Shown here in pieces: positions 1 to 9,341 of a stretch of 64,000 nucleotides of DNA (position 1 is the stretch's first letter; every line of letters starts with the position of its first letter). Position numbers and translations under genes: made by a program. Origin of the DNA: a virus (lineage: Duplodnaviria > Heunggongvirae > Uroviricota > Caudoviricetes); the IMG/VR virus record IMGVR_UViG_3300044712_002337, positions 18,564 to 82,563 of that record; one strand, 5' to 3'. The notes beneath the pieces are model-generated. The model searched no databases, was not told where the DNA came from, and was given only the letters and a program-made list of their open reading frames with translations.

Positions 1-1173
1 GGTGTTGGTCACCCCGCGGTGCTGGTTGGCGTAGGCGCCGCGGGTGCGGGTGGCCCAGGTCGACTCGCACGACCCGGCGCACTGGAACCGGCACCCGCTG
101 GCGTACTCGTAGGCGGCCTTGGCGGCCGGGTCGAAGGTGACGCCGGCGGCGAACGGGGTGCCGCTGCCCGGGGCGGACGGCTTGCGGATGGACAGGTTGG
201 TGACGCCGGTGAACGTGGCGTCCGCCGGGAGCCGCTTGCACCCGACCAGGGTGAACGAGCCGGCGGTGAACGCCGGGTTCGAGTCGGCCACCGTCACGTC
301 GAACGTCGTCGTGTTGGCGCCGGCGTCGTAGACGGGGGTGGTGGCGGACGTCACCTGCTGGGAGACGACGACCGAGTTACAGGTGCCGGTGAAGGTGACC
401 CGGTGGGTGCCGACCAGCCCGGGGTCGACCCGGAGGCCGATGCCCAGGGCCGATGTGAGGTACACCGTCACGTCCCCCGACCCGTCCCCGGTCGGCCAGC
501 CGGCGGCGTCCACCGGCGTGTCCACCCGCTTCGCCCCCGCCCACTGGTCGACGAACGCCTCCGGGCCGGTGTCGGTGCCGGACGAGAGCATCGACCCGAA
601 CGGGTTGTTCAGCCACACCTCCCAGTTCAGGTCGACCGGCCGCTCGGGCAGGCTCGGGGCGGACCAGGCGAGCTGGAACGTCTTCGCCCCGGTGCCGGCC
701 CGGTACTCGACCTCCACCTCGTACAGCGAGCCGGCGGTGAGGGCGTGGTCGCCGGTGGACACGCCCGGGGCCGACTGGTCGACGACCGTGGTCCAGGCGG
801 GGCCGCCGTCCGGGCGGATTCGCAGCCGGGCCCGGCCGTTGCGGGTGGTCAGCTTGAACGCGTGCGTCTCGGTGACCCCGGCGCGGAGGGTGCCGAGCGA
901 GCGGGCCGACCAGTCGTCCGCCGGGACGGACTGGTAGGCGGCGTCCGGGCTGCCGCCGGGCTTGCGGCCCGCCTCCCAGGCGAAGTCCAGGAGCGGCTCG
1001 CGGCGGGCGAACGCGGCCGGGCCGGTGAGGTCGGCCGTCGGGAAGTAACTGGTGAGCAGGCCGGCGGCGGCCAGCCCGCCGGGGGCGGGCCGGGCCGGGC
1101 TGGCGACGCGGGCGGGCCCGCCGCGGCGGCGGGGGGCGAACAGGCCGAGTCCGGGGGTGAGCACGCGGGGCAC
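1..1173 (-). CDS. Virion fibre/adhesin with PA14-like domain (runs off the window start)
   Basis: Open frame from GTG at 1173 to the window edge (absent from the ORF track). My translation: VPRVLTPGLGLFAPRRGG...LLDFAW...DDWSARSLGTL...YEVEVEYRAGTGAKTFQLAWS, which fits a PA14 pattern. It follows other virion genes. Confidence 0.65.
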   Translation of the reverse strand, partial: MPRVLTPGLGLFAPRRRGGPARVASPARPAPGGLAAAGLLTSYFPTADLTGPAAFARREPLLDFAWEAGRKPGGSPDAAYQSVPADDWSARSLGTLRAGVTETHAFKLTTRNGRARLRIRPDGGPAWTTVVDQSAPGVSTGDHALTAGSLYEVEVEYRAGTGAKTFQLAWSAPSLPERPVDLNWEVWLNNPFGSMLSSGTDTGPEAFVDQWAGAKRVDTPVDAAGWPTGDGSGDVTVYLTSALGIGLRVDPGLVGTHRVTFTGTCNSVVVSQQVTSATTPVYDAGANTTTFDVTVADSNPAFTAGSFTLVGCKRLPADATFTGVTNLSIRKPSAPGSGTPFAAGVTFDPAAKAAYEYASGCRFQCAGSCESTWATRTRGAYANQHRGVTNT

Positions 1174-1247
1174 CGGGCGGGGGGGGTGGGCGGCGGCCTT
1201 TACCCCGCCCGGCCGGGCCGGGCGATTTTAAAAGGGGAAATTCACCG

Positions 1248-4139
1248 TCACAGGGCCACCGCCTTCCCGCCGGTCAGCCACGCCCGGGTGGTGGCCCCGG
1301 CCGGCATCAGCTCGCCCCCGGTCGCCCGCCCGGACGCGGCGAACTCCTGGGCGTTCGTGCGGCCGGCCGCGGTCGCCCCGTACTTCGTCACCCCGGGCCC
1401 GCCGAACGTGATGTCCGCCTCGTACACGGCGGGGGCGTCGGCCGCTTGGCCGTCCCAGTACGCCTGAAAATCATCGGTCGACACCGCCTGGTGGTTGTGG
1501 ACGAACACCTGGGCCAAGGCCATCGGAATGGCCGTGGCGTTCAGAGCGCCCGGGTCCGACTGGAGCGTCACCACGCCGGCCGTGGACCCGCCCGGCTTGA
1601 CCAGCACGCAGTCGGTGAGGACGAGCCGCTGGCGGGTCTGGGCGATGTCGCTTGTCGCTTGCGGGCCGCTGCCGGGGAACGCGACCAGCACCGGGCGGGG
1701 GGTGCGGACGGTGGCGGTGGTGACGACCAAATCCTTGTTGCGGTCCGCGCCGCCGCTCAGCCACAGGCCGATGGGCGTGAACCCGCCGGCCCAGGCGAAC
1801 GTGTCCGTCTGCACGTCGCCGTTCGTCAGTTCGATGCGGGCCCCCCACGTGTCGATGCTCATGCCGGCGTACACGAACTTCCGCAGGGTGAACCCCCGCA
1901 GGATGTACGGCGCGGCACCGCCGTAACTGCGACAGAATTCGTGCGTGTACGCCCACATCGACACCGGGCCTAACTCCATCTGCGGTTGGTCGGCCACGGC
2001 CCAGCCCGGCCCGTGGTCGAAGCTCATCCCCTTGAACGTCGCGTACCCCTCGAAGCTCAGCCCGGCGAACGGTATGGTGCCGAACGACACCGAGCGGTAT
2101 TCGACCCCGTCCGCCCCTTCGCCGACGTTCGCCCCGCGGTACAACGGGACTTTCACCAGGGCGCCCCCGCCCGGCCGCACCCCGCCCCGCTGAAGGTAGT
2201 CGGCGTGGATCAGGTGCCCCAAGTATTGCAGCCCGGAGTCCGGGTTGGTCGTGTACTGGCCCACGTTGGCCAGCACGCACCGGGTGATGCGGTGCCAACC
2301 GAGGTTGAGCATCCAGAGCCCGTTCGCGACCGCATCATCCGGCCCGCCGTGCACGTCGGTGAACGAGCAGTCGACGAAATCACACCCCACTTCGGTGCCG
2401 ATTTCCAGGCTGAGCGCGGCAGCCGTGCAGTCGTGGACGTTGCACTCGTCGAACCGCACGAAGCTGGTGTCGTGGACCGCCACCCCCCACTTCCGCCCGT
2501 CGCGGAGGCCCAGCCCTTTGAACCGGTACTGGTAGTCGCCGTGGGCGTCCGCGTCCGTGCCGGTCAGCCGGTTGAGCACCGCGACGAACTGCGGAACGGT
2601 TCCGGCGCTCGTCAGGGTGAACGGGCCGCTCCCCGTCACCGTCACCTGACCGGCCCCGAACAGGGAATCGAGGGCTGCCTGAATGTTGGTCCGGAGGGTG
2701 GCCGGAGTCGCGCTCCACGCGATTTCGGCGGTCTGCTGAGACCGCCCGGCCGGGCTCACGTACATCAGGCGGAACGTGCCGCCGGTGACGGTGCCGCCAA
2801 ACGTGAGCGTCGATACTAGCGGGTCTGTGGCAACCGGCCCGGAGCAGTGGTGCAAATGCCACGCGTACCGGCCCTTCTGGTTCGGTCCGTACTTGGTCAG
2901 CAGCCCGTTCGCGGCCACAGCCCCGGAATCCGGCTCGGGTCCGGCGTGATTCGCGGTGCGGCCCAGGCTGTCCAGAAACACGTACTCGGCTTCGACCGCC
3001 ACCCGGCCGGTGAACAAGACGTGCCCGCGGGTGCCGGCCGGGTTCGCCGACCGCACGACGACGTTGCGGTGCGGGTTGATGACGTGGCACCGGAACCGGG
3101 GGGTGCCGTCCAGGTCGTAGGCCCCGGCGTGGTCGTCTTCGAGCGGGGCGGCAAAGCTCACCACGCTCCCGCTGATCCCGGTGATGGTCCTCTCTTCCGG
3201 GCGGAACGGGAAGCCGAACGACTCGCTGTGCCCGAAGTGGTAGACGGGCTCGGTGGACAGAATCGCGATGCGGTCACCCACCCGCCACCCGGTCGGCTCA
3301 AATTCCAGGGTGACGCTCGTGTGCCCGGCCATCGGGTCGGTCGTGACCCGCAGCTGGTCGGCCCGCGTTCGGCGGGCCGCCCCGCCGAACCGGACGGTCG
3401 ATGTGTCCATGGCGATCAGCCCGCGGCCGAGTTGCAGCGGGTCGACGTACCGGTCCGGGAGGGCGGTGTCGCGGAACGTGAGCGTGGCCGTGTGCGAGGC
3501 GTCGACACGGGCCGACGAACTGCCCATCTCATAAACGCCGTCGTCGAGTACGAACACGTCGTCGGCGACCAGTTCCGTCGTGGCGTCCGTGGCGAACTTC
3601 AGGTGCCCGCCGGTGTACACCATGACCGACCGGCAGGCGGCGTTCGTGTTCCGCAAGGTGACGGTGTGCCCGGCAATCACCACGTCCGTGCCGGCGGTGG
3701 GCACCACACCCCCGACCCACGTCGTGGTCTCGTCCCAGAACCCGGACTGTGCGGACAGGGTGCGGGCCGCCCCCAGCCGCAGCGGGAACCCTTCCCCGTG
3801 GTGGGCCATGCCGAACGGCAGCACGTCGGCGGTCAGCGGGGCGTTGCCGACGCCCGCCGCGGTGGCCGCGTTCGCCGTCAGGGCGAGCGTGACGGCCTCC
3901 GTCGGGGACACGCCCCGGGACAGCGTGTACTGCAGCACCGCCGACCCGGAGCCGGCCGAATAGGTGGCGGTCACGGCCCCGCCGGTCGCGGTCAGCGTCG
4001 GCACGGCCGCGTGGGTGACAGACCGGTCGAACGTCAGCCGCAGGGTCTGCGGGTCGCCGTGGTGGGCCGGCCACAGGGCCGCCACCCGCAGCCGCGGGCG
4101 GGGCGGGCGCTTGGCTGCGCCGGGGCTGAACGGGGGCAC
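1248..4139 (-). CDS. Large virion protein: G8 domain plus right-handed beta-helix (possible depolymerase/adhesin)
   Basis: WDETTTWVGGVVPTAGTDVVIAGHTVTL...GGHLKF...DDGVYEMGS fits G8. Later VAVHDTSFVRFDECNVHDC-type repeats fit PbH1/pectin-lyase fold. 963 aa. Confidence 0.7.
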   Translation of the reverse strand: MPPFSPGAAKRPPRPRLRVAALWPAHHGDPQTLRLTFDRSVTHAAVPTLTATGGAVTATYSAGSGSAVLQYTLSRGVSPTEAVTLALTANAATAAGVGNAPLTADVLPFGMAHHGEGFPLRLGAARTLSAQSGFWDETTTWVGGVVPTAGTDVVIAGHTVTLRNTNAACRSVMVYTGGHLKFATDATTELVADDVFVLDDGVYEMGSSSARVDASHTATLTFRDTALPDRYVDPLQLGRGLIAMDTSTVRFGGAARRTRADQLRVTTDPMAGHTSVTLEFEPTGWRVGDRIAILSTEPVYHFGHSESFGFPFRPEERTITGISGSVVSFAAPLEDDHAGAYDLDGTPRFRCHVINPHRNVVVRSANPAGTRGHVLFTGRVAVEAEYVFLDSLGRTANHAGPEPDSGAVAANGLLTKYGPNQKGRYAWHLHHCSGPVATDPLVSTLTFGGTVTGGTFRLMYVSPAGRSQQTAEIAWSATPATLRTNIQAALDSLFGAGQVTVTGSGPFTLTSAGTVPQFVAVLNRLTGTDADAHGDYQYRFKGLGLRDGRKWGVAVHDTSFVRFDECNVHDCTAAALSLEIGTEVGCDFVDCSFTDVHGGPDDAVANGLWMLNLGWHRITRCVLANVGQYTTNPDSGLQYLGHLIHADYLQRGGVRPGGGALVKVPLYRGANVGEGADGVEYRSVSFGTIPFAGLSFEGYATFKGMSFDHGPGWAVADQPQMELGPVSMWAYTHEFCRSYGGAAPYILRGFTLRKFVYAGMSIDTWGARIELTNGDVQTDTFAWAGGFTPIGLWLSGGADRNKDLVVTTATVRTPRPVLVAFPGSGPQATSDIAQTRQRLVLTDCVLVKPGGSTAGVVTLQSDPGALNATAIPMALAQVFVHNHQAVSTDDFQAYWDGQAADAPAVYEADITFGGPGVTKYGATAAGRTNAQEFAASGRATGGELMPAGATTRAWLTGGKAVAL

Positions 4140-4142
4140 GGG

Positions 4143-4460
4143 TCAATCTCGCAGTACGAGTAGGAACCGGGCGATGACCACGAGGCTGTCCGCCATGCTC
4201 TGCACGGCCGTCAGGGCTTCCAGCTTTTCCGGCGAGTCGGGGGTGGCCATCAGCTCGGCCACGAGGTCCGGGCTCGACACCTCGGCCGCGTCGGTTGGTC
4301 CCCACGCCGTGGCGTTGGCCGGACAGGGCGTGAAGGACGCGGTGTACTGGTTCGTCGTCCGGTTCACGTCGATACAGACGCGGCGGACGCCGAGCCGGTC
4401 CGGAACGAATCCGGTGGACGGCGGGACGGTGTACGACTCGGGGTTGGGAATCGGAATCAC
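4143..4460 (-). CDS. Hypothetical virion-module protein, 105 aa
   Basis: Tightly packed in the minus-strand operon; GC3-rich coding frame. Confidence 0.7.
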   Translation of the reverse strand: MIPIPNPESYTVPPSTGFVPDRLGVRRVCIDVNRTTNQYTASFTPCPANATAWGPTDAAEVSSPDLVAELMATPDSPEKLEALTAVQSMADSLVVIARFLLVLRD

Positions 4461-4471
4461 GGGGGCTCCGG

Positions 4472-4768
4472 TCAGCGGATGACGTCGACCATCGCCTTGA
4501 TGGGCGGGGCGGTGACGCCGGCCAAGTCGGCCGGGGTGAGGAAGGCGGCATCGAGCACGTCCATTGCCGCCAGCAGGCTCTGTACCTTTTGGGCGGACAG
4601 GTGGTTCAGGTCGCCGGCCCCCTGGTAGTCCGGGTCGGTCAGGGTCGCCACCCCGAGCGACTCCAGCCGGGCGCGGGTGGCCTTCAGGTCGAACACGGTG
4701 TCGTACAGGGCGCGGATTTGCTGCACCTCGGTCGACAGGGCGTTCATCTGCTGGGGGGTGATGGGCAC
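4472..4768 (-). CDS. Hypothetical virion-module protein, 98 aa
   Basis: Tightly packed in the operon; protein-like composition. Confidence 0.7.
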   Translation of the reverse strand: MPITPQQMNALSTEVQQIRALYDTVFDLKATRARLESLGVATLTDPDYQGAGDLNHLSAQKVQSLLAAMDVLDAAFLTPADLAGVTAPPIKAMVDVIR

Positions 4769-4788
4769 GATAGCCTCTGTGGTTGGGG

Positions 4789-7176
4789 TTAGGTAAGGGT
4801 GACGGTCCCGGTGCGGACGGTGCCGCCCGAGTCCTTCAGTTTGATGACAAGGTTGCCGCTACCGTCGGTGTAGAACGCGACGGAGCCGTTCGGGAGTAGG
4901 GCGTTGTCGGGGGCGGCGGCGTGGGCCGGGAACACCGGGTACCCCCGGCTGCCGTCGGTGACGCCGCGAAGGTACTCGCGGGCAGCGGTGTCATTCACCT
5001 CATGGACGGCCCGGCCTTTTCGGGTGGCGTCGGTCGATTCCGCCCACTCAGCCCGCCACGCGGCCTGTCGGCGGTTGGTGGTGGACGAGTCTTCCCACAG
5101 ACCGACGGTCGAACTGTTGGCCGGAACGCTCACCCGGTAGCCGGTGCCGCCGGGGGTCATTACGGAGAAGGCGGGGAACGTCTGAGAGTTCGCGGGCCAA
5201 CATTCCACGGACGTTCCGACTGCCACATTGCTATCAGAATGTCGGCGACCGAACTGAACCCGGTAGTCACCGCCCCCGCCCGGATTCGGGGTGAGGATTA
5301 TATTCTGGCCACCGCCACCGGCGTAGAAAACGAGATGACCAGTCACGGCACCGATAATCGTCTCGTCGCTATTCGGGGTGACGTCCAACCCGTTCCCGCT
5401 GTCACTGCGACTGATGCGGAACCGCCCGCCCCCGTCGTCGGTCGTGAAGGCATAACTTCGTCCGATTGGGCGAAGGACTAGCGACGGGTTGTCACCCCCG
5501 GTTATCTCCAACTTGTCCACCCCGTTCGCGACCGCCCGGAGCAGGGGAGCCGTCTGCCCGGTCGCGGCCCGCAGTTCCAACGGCACGTCGGTCGACGCCT
5601 GCGCCGTCGCGGTCAGGTGGACGCCGCTACCGGCGTAGACCAGAGCGGCGGCCCCGCCGAACGCGCCGGAGTTGTTGAACTGAACTTGTCCGCCCGCCCC
5701 GCCGGCCACCCCCACCGGCAGCACTTCCCACCGGCTCATCGCCCCCCGGTACCGAAGCAACACCTTCCCACGGGCGTTCAGGGTCAAGGCGGCCCCGCCC
5801 GGAATCAGGAACCGGTTGGCCGCCGTGCTGGACGCCGAGTCGTCGGCCAGGACGAGGGGGTTGGTGCCGACGTTCCAAATTTCCGCAATCTGCCCGTCCA
5901 CCTGCCCGATGCTCAGGCCGGTTAGCGTGCGGCTGGCGTCGGTGGATACGGCGTAAAACATCGCCACCGGCGGCGCCCAATCGTTCTGGTCGCTGGTGAT
6001 TTGGGCCGGGGTGAGCGGGACGGAGCGGAGGGTGCCGCCGCCGGTCCCCGCAAAATTCTCGATGCTCAGCACCCGTGGGGCCACCCGCGAGAGAGCGGTG
6101 TCTACCCCCGAAATGGTGACCCCGTTCGACCACTCGATCCGGCCGTCCGACGACAGGGATAAATCGGAACCATTTAAACAGGTGATGTGGTCCGTCGGCG
6201 TGACACTCGGCCCGACGCCTCCCCCCGTCACGCCGAGTACCCCGCCGTACCCGACGCTCACGCCCTGTGTTCCGGCCGTGCCGTGGATGTAAACCACGTC
6301 AAGCGATGACGCATCGGCACGAGTCACCCCAACGGCGGAACCGGTCGCGTGGATAAGCCGAAGAACCCCGGACCTCGACTCAACCTTTCCGTTCGTCCCA
6401 TCGTGACTGATTTCTAACGTGTCCGTGCCGGGTGCCCCGCCCGGCTGGTCCACCGCCAGCACGCCGGTGTTCGCGTTATACCGCACGTCACCAGTCTTCG
6501 GCCCCAAGTCGCCGGTGGCGTCCGGGAACAGGCCGACGTAGCAGGTGGTGTCGGTGCCGGCGTCGGCCACGGTGATCTGCGTCGGCACGCCCCCGCCGCC
6601 GCCGTCAACAGCGGCGTATTGGCTGATATACCAGCGGGTAGCCCCCACTTTGACCGCCGTCGCCCACTCATACTGATTAAGCGTGATACTCCCGGTCGCC
6701 CCGGTGCCCACCGACACCAGCGCGTCACTGGCGATCGCGACTGTGACCGCCCCGACCGAGTCGTTGGCGAACGCCAACACCGCCCCGACCGGGTACGCCA
6801 CCGAGGCGTTCGCGGGGACGGTGAACGTGCGGGCGCTGACGTCGCTGGCCGGGTGGTACAGGCACTTGCCGTTGTCGGCCAGCACCGCCGTGTAGTCGGC
6901 CGACTGGCTGTTCAGCGGCACCCCGCGGAACCCGACGGCGGTCGTGCCGTCGGCCGTGCAGTTGGTCAGGGTGCCCGAGCTGGGGGTGCCCAGGGCCGGC
7001 GTCACCAGCGTCTTGTTCGAGAGCGTCTGGGCGGCGGCGGTGGTGACCACCCCCATCCCGGCGAGGGCGTCGTCCAGCGACACCTCGTTCCGGGACCCGC
7101 CCTTGGAGCACGGGAAGACGGTGGCCCCGGTGACGGTGGACGGGGTGAGCGGCGTCGCGGTGGGGAAGACGGGCAT
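4789..7176 (-). CDS. Mosaic head/tail fibre protein, 795 aa
   Basis: Gly/Thr/Ser-rich beta modules, including NSQSADYTAVLADNGK...TFTVPANASVAYPVG typical of phage fibres. Lies downstream of the spike base. Confidence 0.7.
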   Translation of the reverse strand: MPVFPTATPLTPSTVTGATVFPCSKGGSRNEVSLDDALAGMGVVTTAAAQTLSNKTLVTPALGTPSSGTLTNCTADGTTAVGFRGVPLNSQSADYTAVLADNGKCLYHPASDVSARTFTVPANASVAYPVGAVLAFANDSVGAVTVAIASDALVSVGTGATGSITLNQYEWATAVKVGATRWYISQYAAVDGGGGGVPTQITVADAGTDTTCYVGLFPDATGDLGPKTGDVRYNANTGVLAVDQPGGAPGTDTLEISHDGTNGKVESRSGVLRLIHATGSAVGVTRADASSLDVVYIHGTAGTQGVSVGYGGVLGVTGGGVGPSVTPTDHITCLNGSDLSLSSDGRIEWSNGVTISGVDTALSRVAPRVLSIENFAGTGGGTLRSVPLTPAQITSDQNDWAPPVAMFYAVSTDASRTLTGLSIGQVDGQIAEIWNVGTNPLVLADDSASSTAANRFLIPGGAALTLNARGKVLLRYRGAMSRWEVLPVGVAGGAGGQVQFNNSGAFGGAAALVYAGSGVHLTATAQASTDVPLELRAATGQTAPLLRAVANGVDKLEITGGDNPSLVLRPIGRSYAFTTDDGGGRFRISRSDSGNGLDVTPNSDETIIGAVTGHLVFYAGGGGQNIILTPNPGGGGDYRVQFGRRHSDSNVAVGTSVECWPANSQTFPAFSVMTPGGTGYRVSVPANSSTVGLWEDSSTTNRRQAAWRAEWAESTDATRKGRAVHEVNDTAAREYLRGVTDGSRGYPVFPAHAAAPDNALLPNGSVAFYTDGSGNLVIKLKDSGGTVRTGTVTLT

Positions 7177-7188
7177 GGGCGACCGGGG

Positions 7189-7323
7189 TTACGAGGGCCA
7201 GGACAGGGGGGTGGCGTCCGGCCACGCGGCCGGGGTGGCGTCCGGCCACCCCAGGGCGGCCGGGGCGGGGGGCGACCCGCCGCGGCGGCGGAGCAGGGTG
7301 AGCAGGAGGCCGAGGCCGAGCAT
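7189..7323 (-). CDS. 44-aa spike-associated peptide MLGLGLLLTLLRRRGG...WPDATP-WPDATP-WPS
   Basis: ATG overlaps the TGA of the spike-base gene (TGATG). Stop TAA at 7191-7189. Below the ORF-track length cutoff. Explains the 18-bp direct repeat at 7208/7232. Confidence 0.65.
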   Translation of the reverse strand: MLGLGLLLTLLRRRGGSPPAPAALGWPDATPAAWPDATPLSWPS

Positions 7324-7592
7324 CAGCGGATTCCGTGCAGGCCGGTGGCGGTGGTGCCGGTGGCGAGCACCCGCCGCACCCGCACCGGCAGGAGGAAGGC
7401 GTCGGGGACGGTCCAGGCGTCGGTCAGCCCGTCCACCCCCTCGAACGCCACCGCCCCGCCGGCGGTCACGTACACGCTCCGCAGCGGCGGGTCGTAGGTG
7501 GTGGCGTCGCTCGGGGTGACGGCCACCGACCCGAACCCGGGGGACTCGGGGGCGTTGCCGGACACCTGGTAGTCGGACGGGGAGAAGGACAT
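7323..7592 (-). CDS. Head-spike base protein (RcGTA Rcc01079-like)
   Basis: AVTPSDAT...LRSVYVTAGGAVA...LPVRVRRVLATGTTATG matches the spike-base family pattern. First gene after the capsid. Confidence 0.8.
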   Translation of the reverse strand: MSFSPSDYQVSGNAPESPGFGSVAVTPSDATTYDPPLRSVYVTAGGAVAFEGVDGLTDAWTVPDAFLLPVRVRRVLATGTTATGLHGIR

Positions 7593-7671
7593 GGGGGCCT
7601 CGGGGTGGGGTCGCCCGCCCCTACCCCGCCCGGCCGGGCCGGGCGACGTGAAAAGGGGAACGCCCCCCACG

Positions 7672-7699
7672 AAAAAGGGGAGGGCCCCTGCCCTCCCCC
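7672..7699 (-). terminator. Intrinsic terminator after the major capsid gene
   Basis: Minus strand: GGGGAGGGC-loop-GCCCTCCCC followed by TTTTTC. Confidence 0.7.
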
Positions 7700-7729
7700 G
7701 TCTCAACCCCGTGCGGGCCCCGCGGGCGG

Positions 7730-8719
7730 TTACGCCTGGCCGAGGAGCAGGTGCCGCTCGTCCAGCGCCCCCACCCCCCACTTGGCCCGCCCGTACCACC
7801 CCTTCTTGTCCTCCTTGTGGAGGGTGGGGTCCTCGTGGATTTCGATGTTCATGCCCACCGGCATGACCACCTTGTCCTTGTGCCGGGTGTCCACCCCGAC
7901 CACCAGGTTGGTCTTCGAGTTGGTGAACGTCCCGCCCAGGGTGTCGTCCCAGTACTTCTGGTACACCCCGTCCGGCCCGAGCTCGTCGATGTCCACGTAC
8001 TCCACCTTGGCGAACCCGAGAATCTTGCCGTCCTCGGCGTCCAGGATGTCGGTGCGGTACATGTCCCCGATGTCGGTGGCGGCCAGGTACAGGATGGTCT
8101 CCCGCAGCTCCGGGCTCATGTACAGCCGGTTCATCCGGTACCCCCGCTTGGAGGTGTACTTCTGCCCGGCCCGCCGCATCTTCGTCTGCATCTGCCCCTG
8201 CAGCTTGAGGGAGAAGGTGCCGGCGGTGGCGGCGGTGTCGACCACCAGGAACCCGCGGTCGTGGGCGGTCTTGAGCACCAGGTGGAACACGTCGTCGTTC
8301 ATCGACATCTGCCACCCGGCGGCCATCCCGTCCAGGGCCCGGGCGATGACGTCGAAGTCCCCCCGGCGGACGCTCTCCAGCGGCACCCCGATGGTGTTCC
8401 CCCGCATGCTCATGGGGATGCGGAGGTTGTCGCTCTCCACCATCCGCTGCGGGATGTCCCCGATGCGGGGGATGTAGAACGCCTTGAACTCCCCCATGTC
8501 CTTGTTCCAGAACAGGTCCTTGGGGTAGTACACGTCGGCGAACTCGTCCGTCGGGCGGACGGTGGCCAGCTCGCCGAACAGGGCGTCCTGGAAAATCTGC
8601 TCCTTCACGTACCCGCCGACGGCCTCGGCCACGGCCGGCTCGGCCGCCGCCGCCACGGCCAGGTCGGCCGACGCGCTGTCCTTGAGCAGGGCGATGAACT
8701 CTTCGGGTTTCTCGAACAC
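7730..8719 (-). CDS. Major capsid protein (HK97-fold, probable)
   Basis: 329 aa, in the order portal, protease/scaffold, decoration, this gene, terminator. C-terminal GWYGRAKWGVGALD is capsid-like. The call rests mainly on synteny. Confidence 0.7.
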   Translation of the reverse strand: MFEKPEEFIALLKDSASADLAVAAAAEPAVAEAVGGYVKEQIFQDALFGELATVRPTDEFADVYYPKDLFWNKDMGEFKAFYIPRIGDIPQRMVESDNLRIPMSMRGNTIGVPLESVRRGDFDVIARALDGMAAGWQMSMNDDVFHLVLKTAHDRGFLVVDTAATAGTFSLKLQGQMQTKMRRAGQKYTSKRGYRMNRLYMSPELRETILYLAATDIGDMYRTDILDAEDGKILGFAKVEYVDIDELGPDGVYQKYWDDTLGGTFTNSKTNLVVGVDTRHKDKVVMPVGMNIEIHEDPTLHKEDKKGWYGRAKWGVGALDERHLLLGQA

Positions 8720-8848
8720 GGGGGCTCCGGGGGCGTGAAGCCCCTTCTGTGTGGGTGGGGCGGGCGGGGCCCGCCGGGAGGGTGTGTGACTTCGCTCTTT
8801 TAACGCGGGCGGGTTCGCCGCCCGGGGGGTGCGGGGGCCGGCCCCCGC

Positions 8849-9328
8849 TTAGAAGGCCTTCACCTGCAGCAGGGCGTACCCGTCGCTGTCCTTGGTCGAC
8901 TTCCACTTGCCGACCACCCCGTTGCCGTTCACGCTGGCCGTGCCGAACGTCGAGTCGGCCGCCAGGTAGGCGTCCCCTTCGAGGGCCGGGGTGCCGGTGA
9001 TTTTGTTCGTCCACACCTCGCACCACTCGCCGATGGCGACCGGCTCGCCGACGTTCGTGTCGGTCGGCTTGAAGCTGGACCGCGGGTAGGTGGACAGGTC
9101 GACGTTCTTCACCTGGTTCAGGGCGACGCCCAGGAACTTGGTGCCGCTCGGCGGGGCGCCGGCGTACGCGGCGGCCACCAGCCGCTGGCCGTCCAGCGCC
9201 TGGCCGACCCCGCCGCCGGACGGCTGGGAGGCCTTCAGAATCATCGCGCAGCCGTCGTCGGCCACGGCGTCGGTGACGTACCGCGTGTTCTCCGGGGCGA
9301 ACGGGCGGTAGTGGGCTTTGCGGGCCAT
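8849..9328 (-). CDS. Head decoration/cement protein
   Basis: 159 aa between scaffold and capsid. FLGVAL...GEPVAI...YLAADSTFG...VVGKW pattern of cement proteins. Confidence 0.6.
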   Translation of the reverse strand: MARKAHYRPFAPENTRYVTDAVADDGCAMILKASQPSGGGVGQALDGQRLVAAAYAGAPPSGTKFLGVALNQVKNVDLSTYPRSSFKPTDTNVGEPVAIGEWCEVWTNKITGTPALEGDAYLAADSTFGTASVNGNGVVGKWKSTKDSDGYALLQVKAF

Positions 9329-9341
9329 GGGGTGCGGGTCC

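Noticed and set aside
7208-7249. 18-bp direct repeat as a regulatory or non-coding element
   Set aside because: It encodes the WPDATP repeats of the 44-aa minus-strand peptide.
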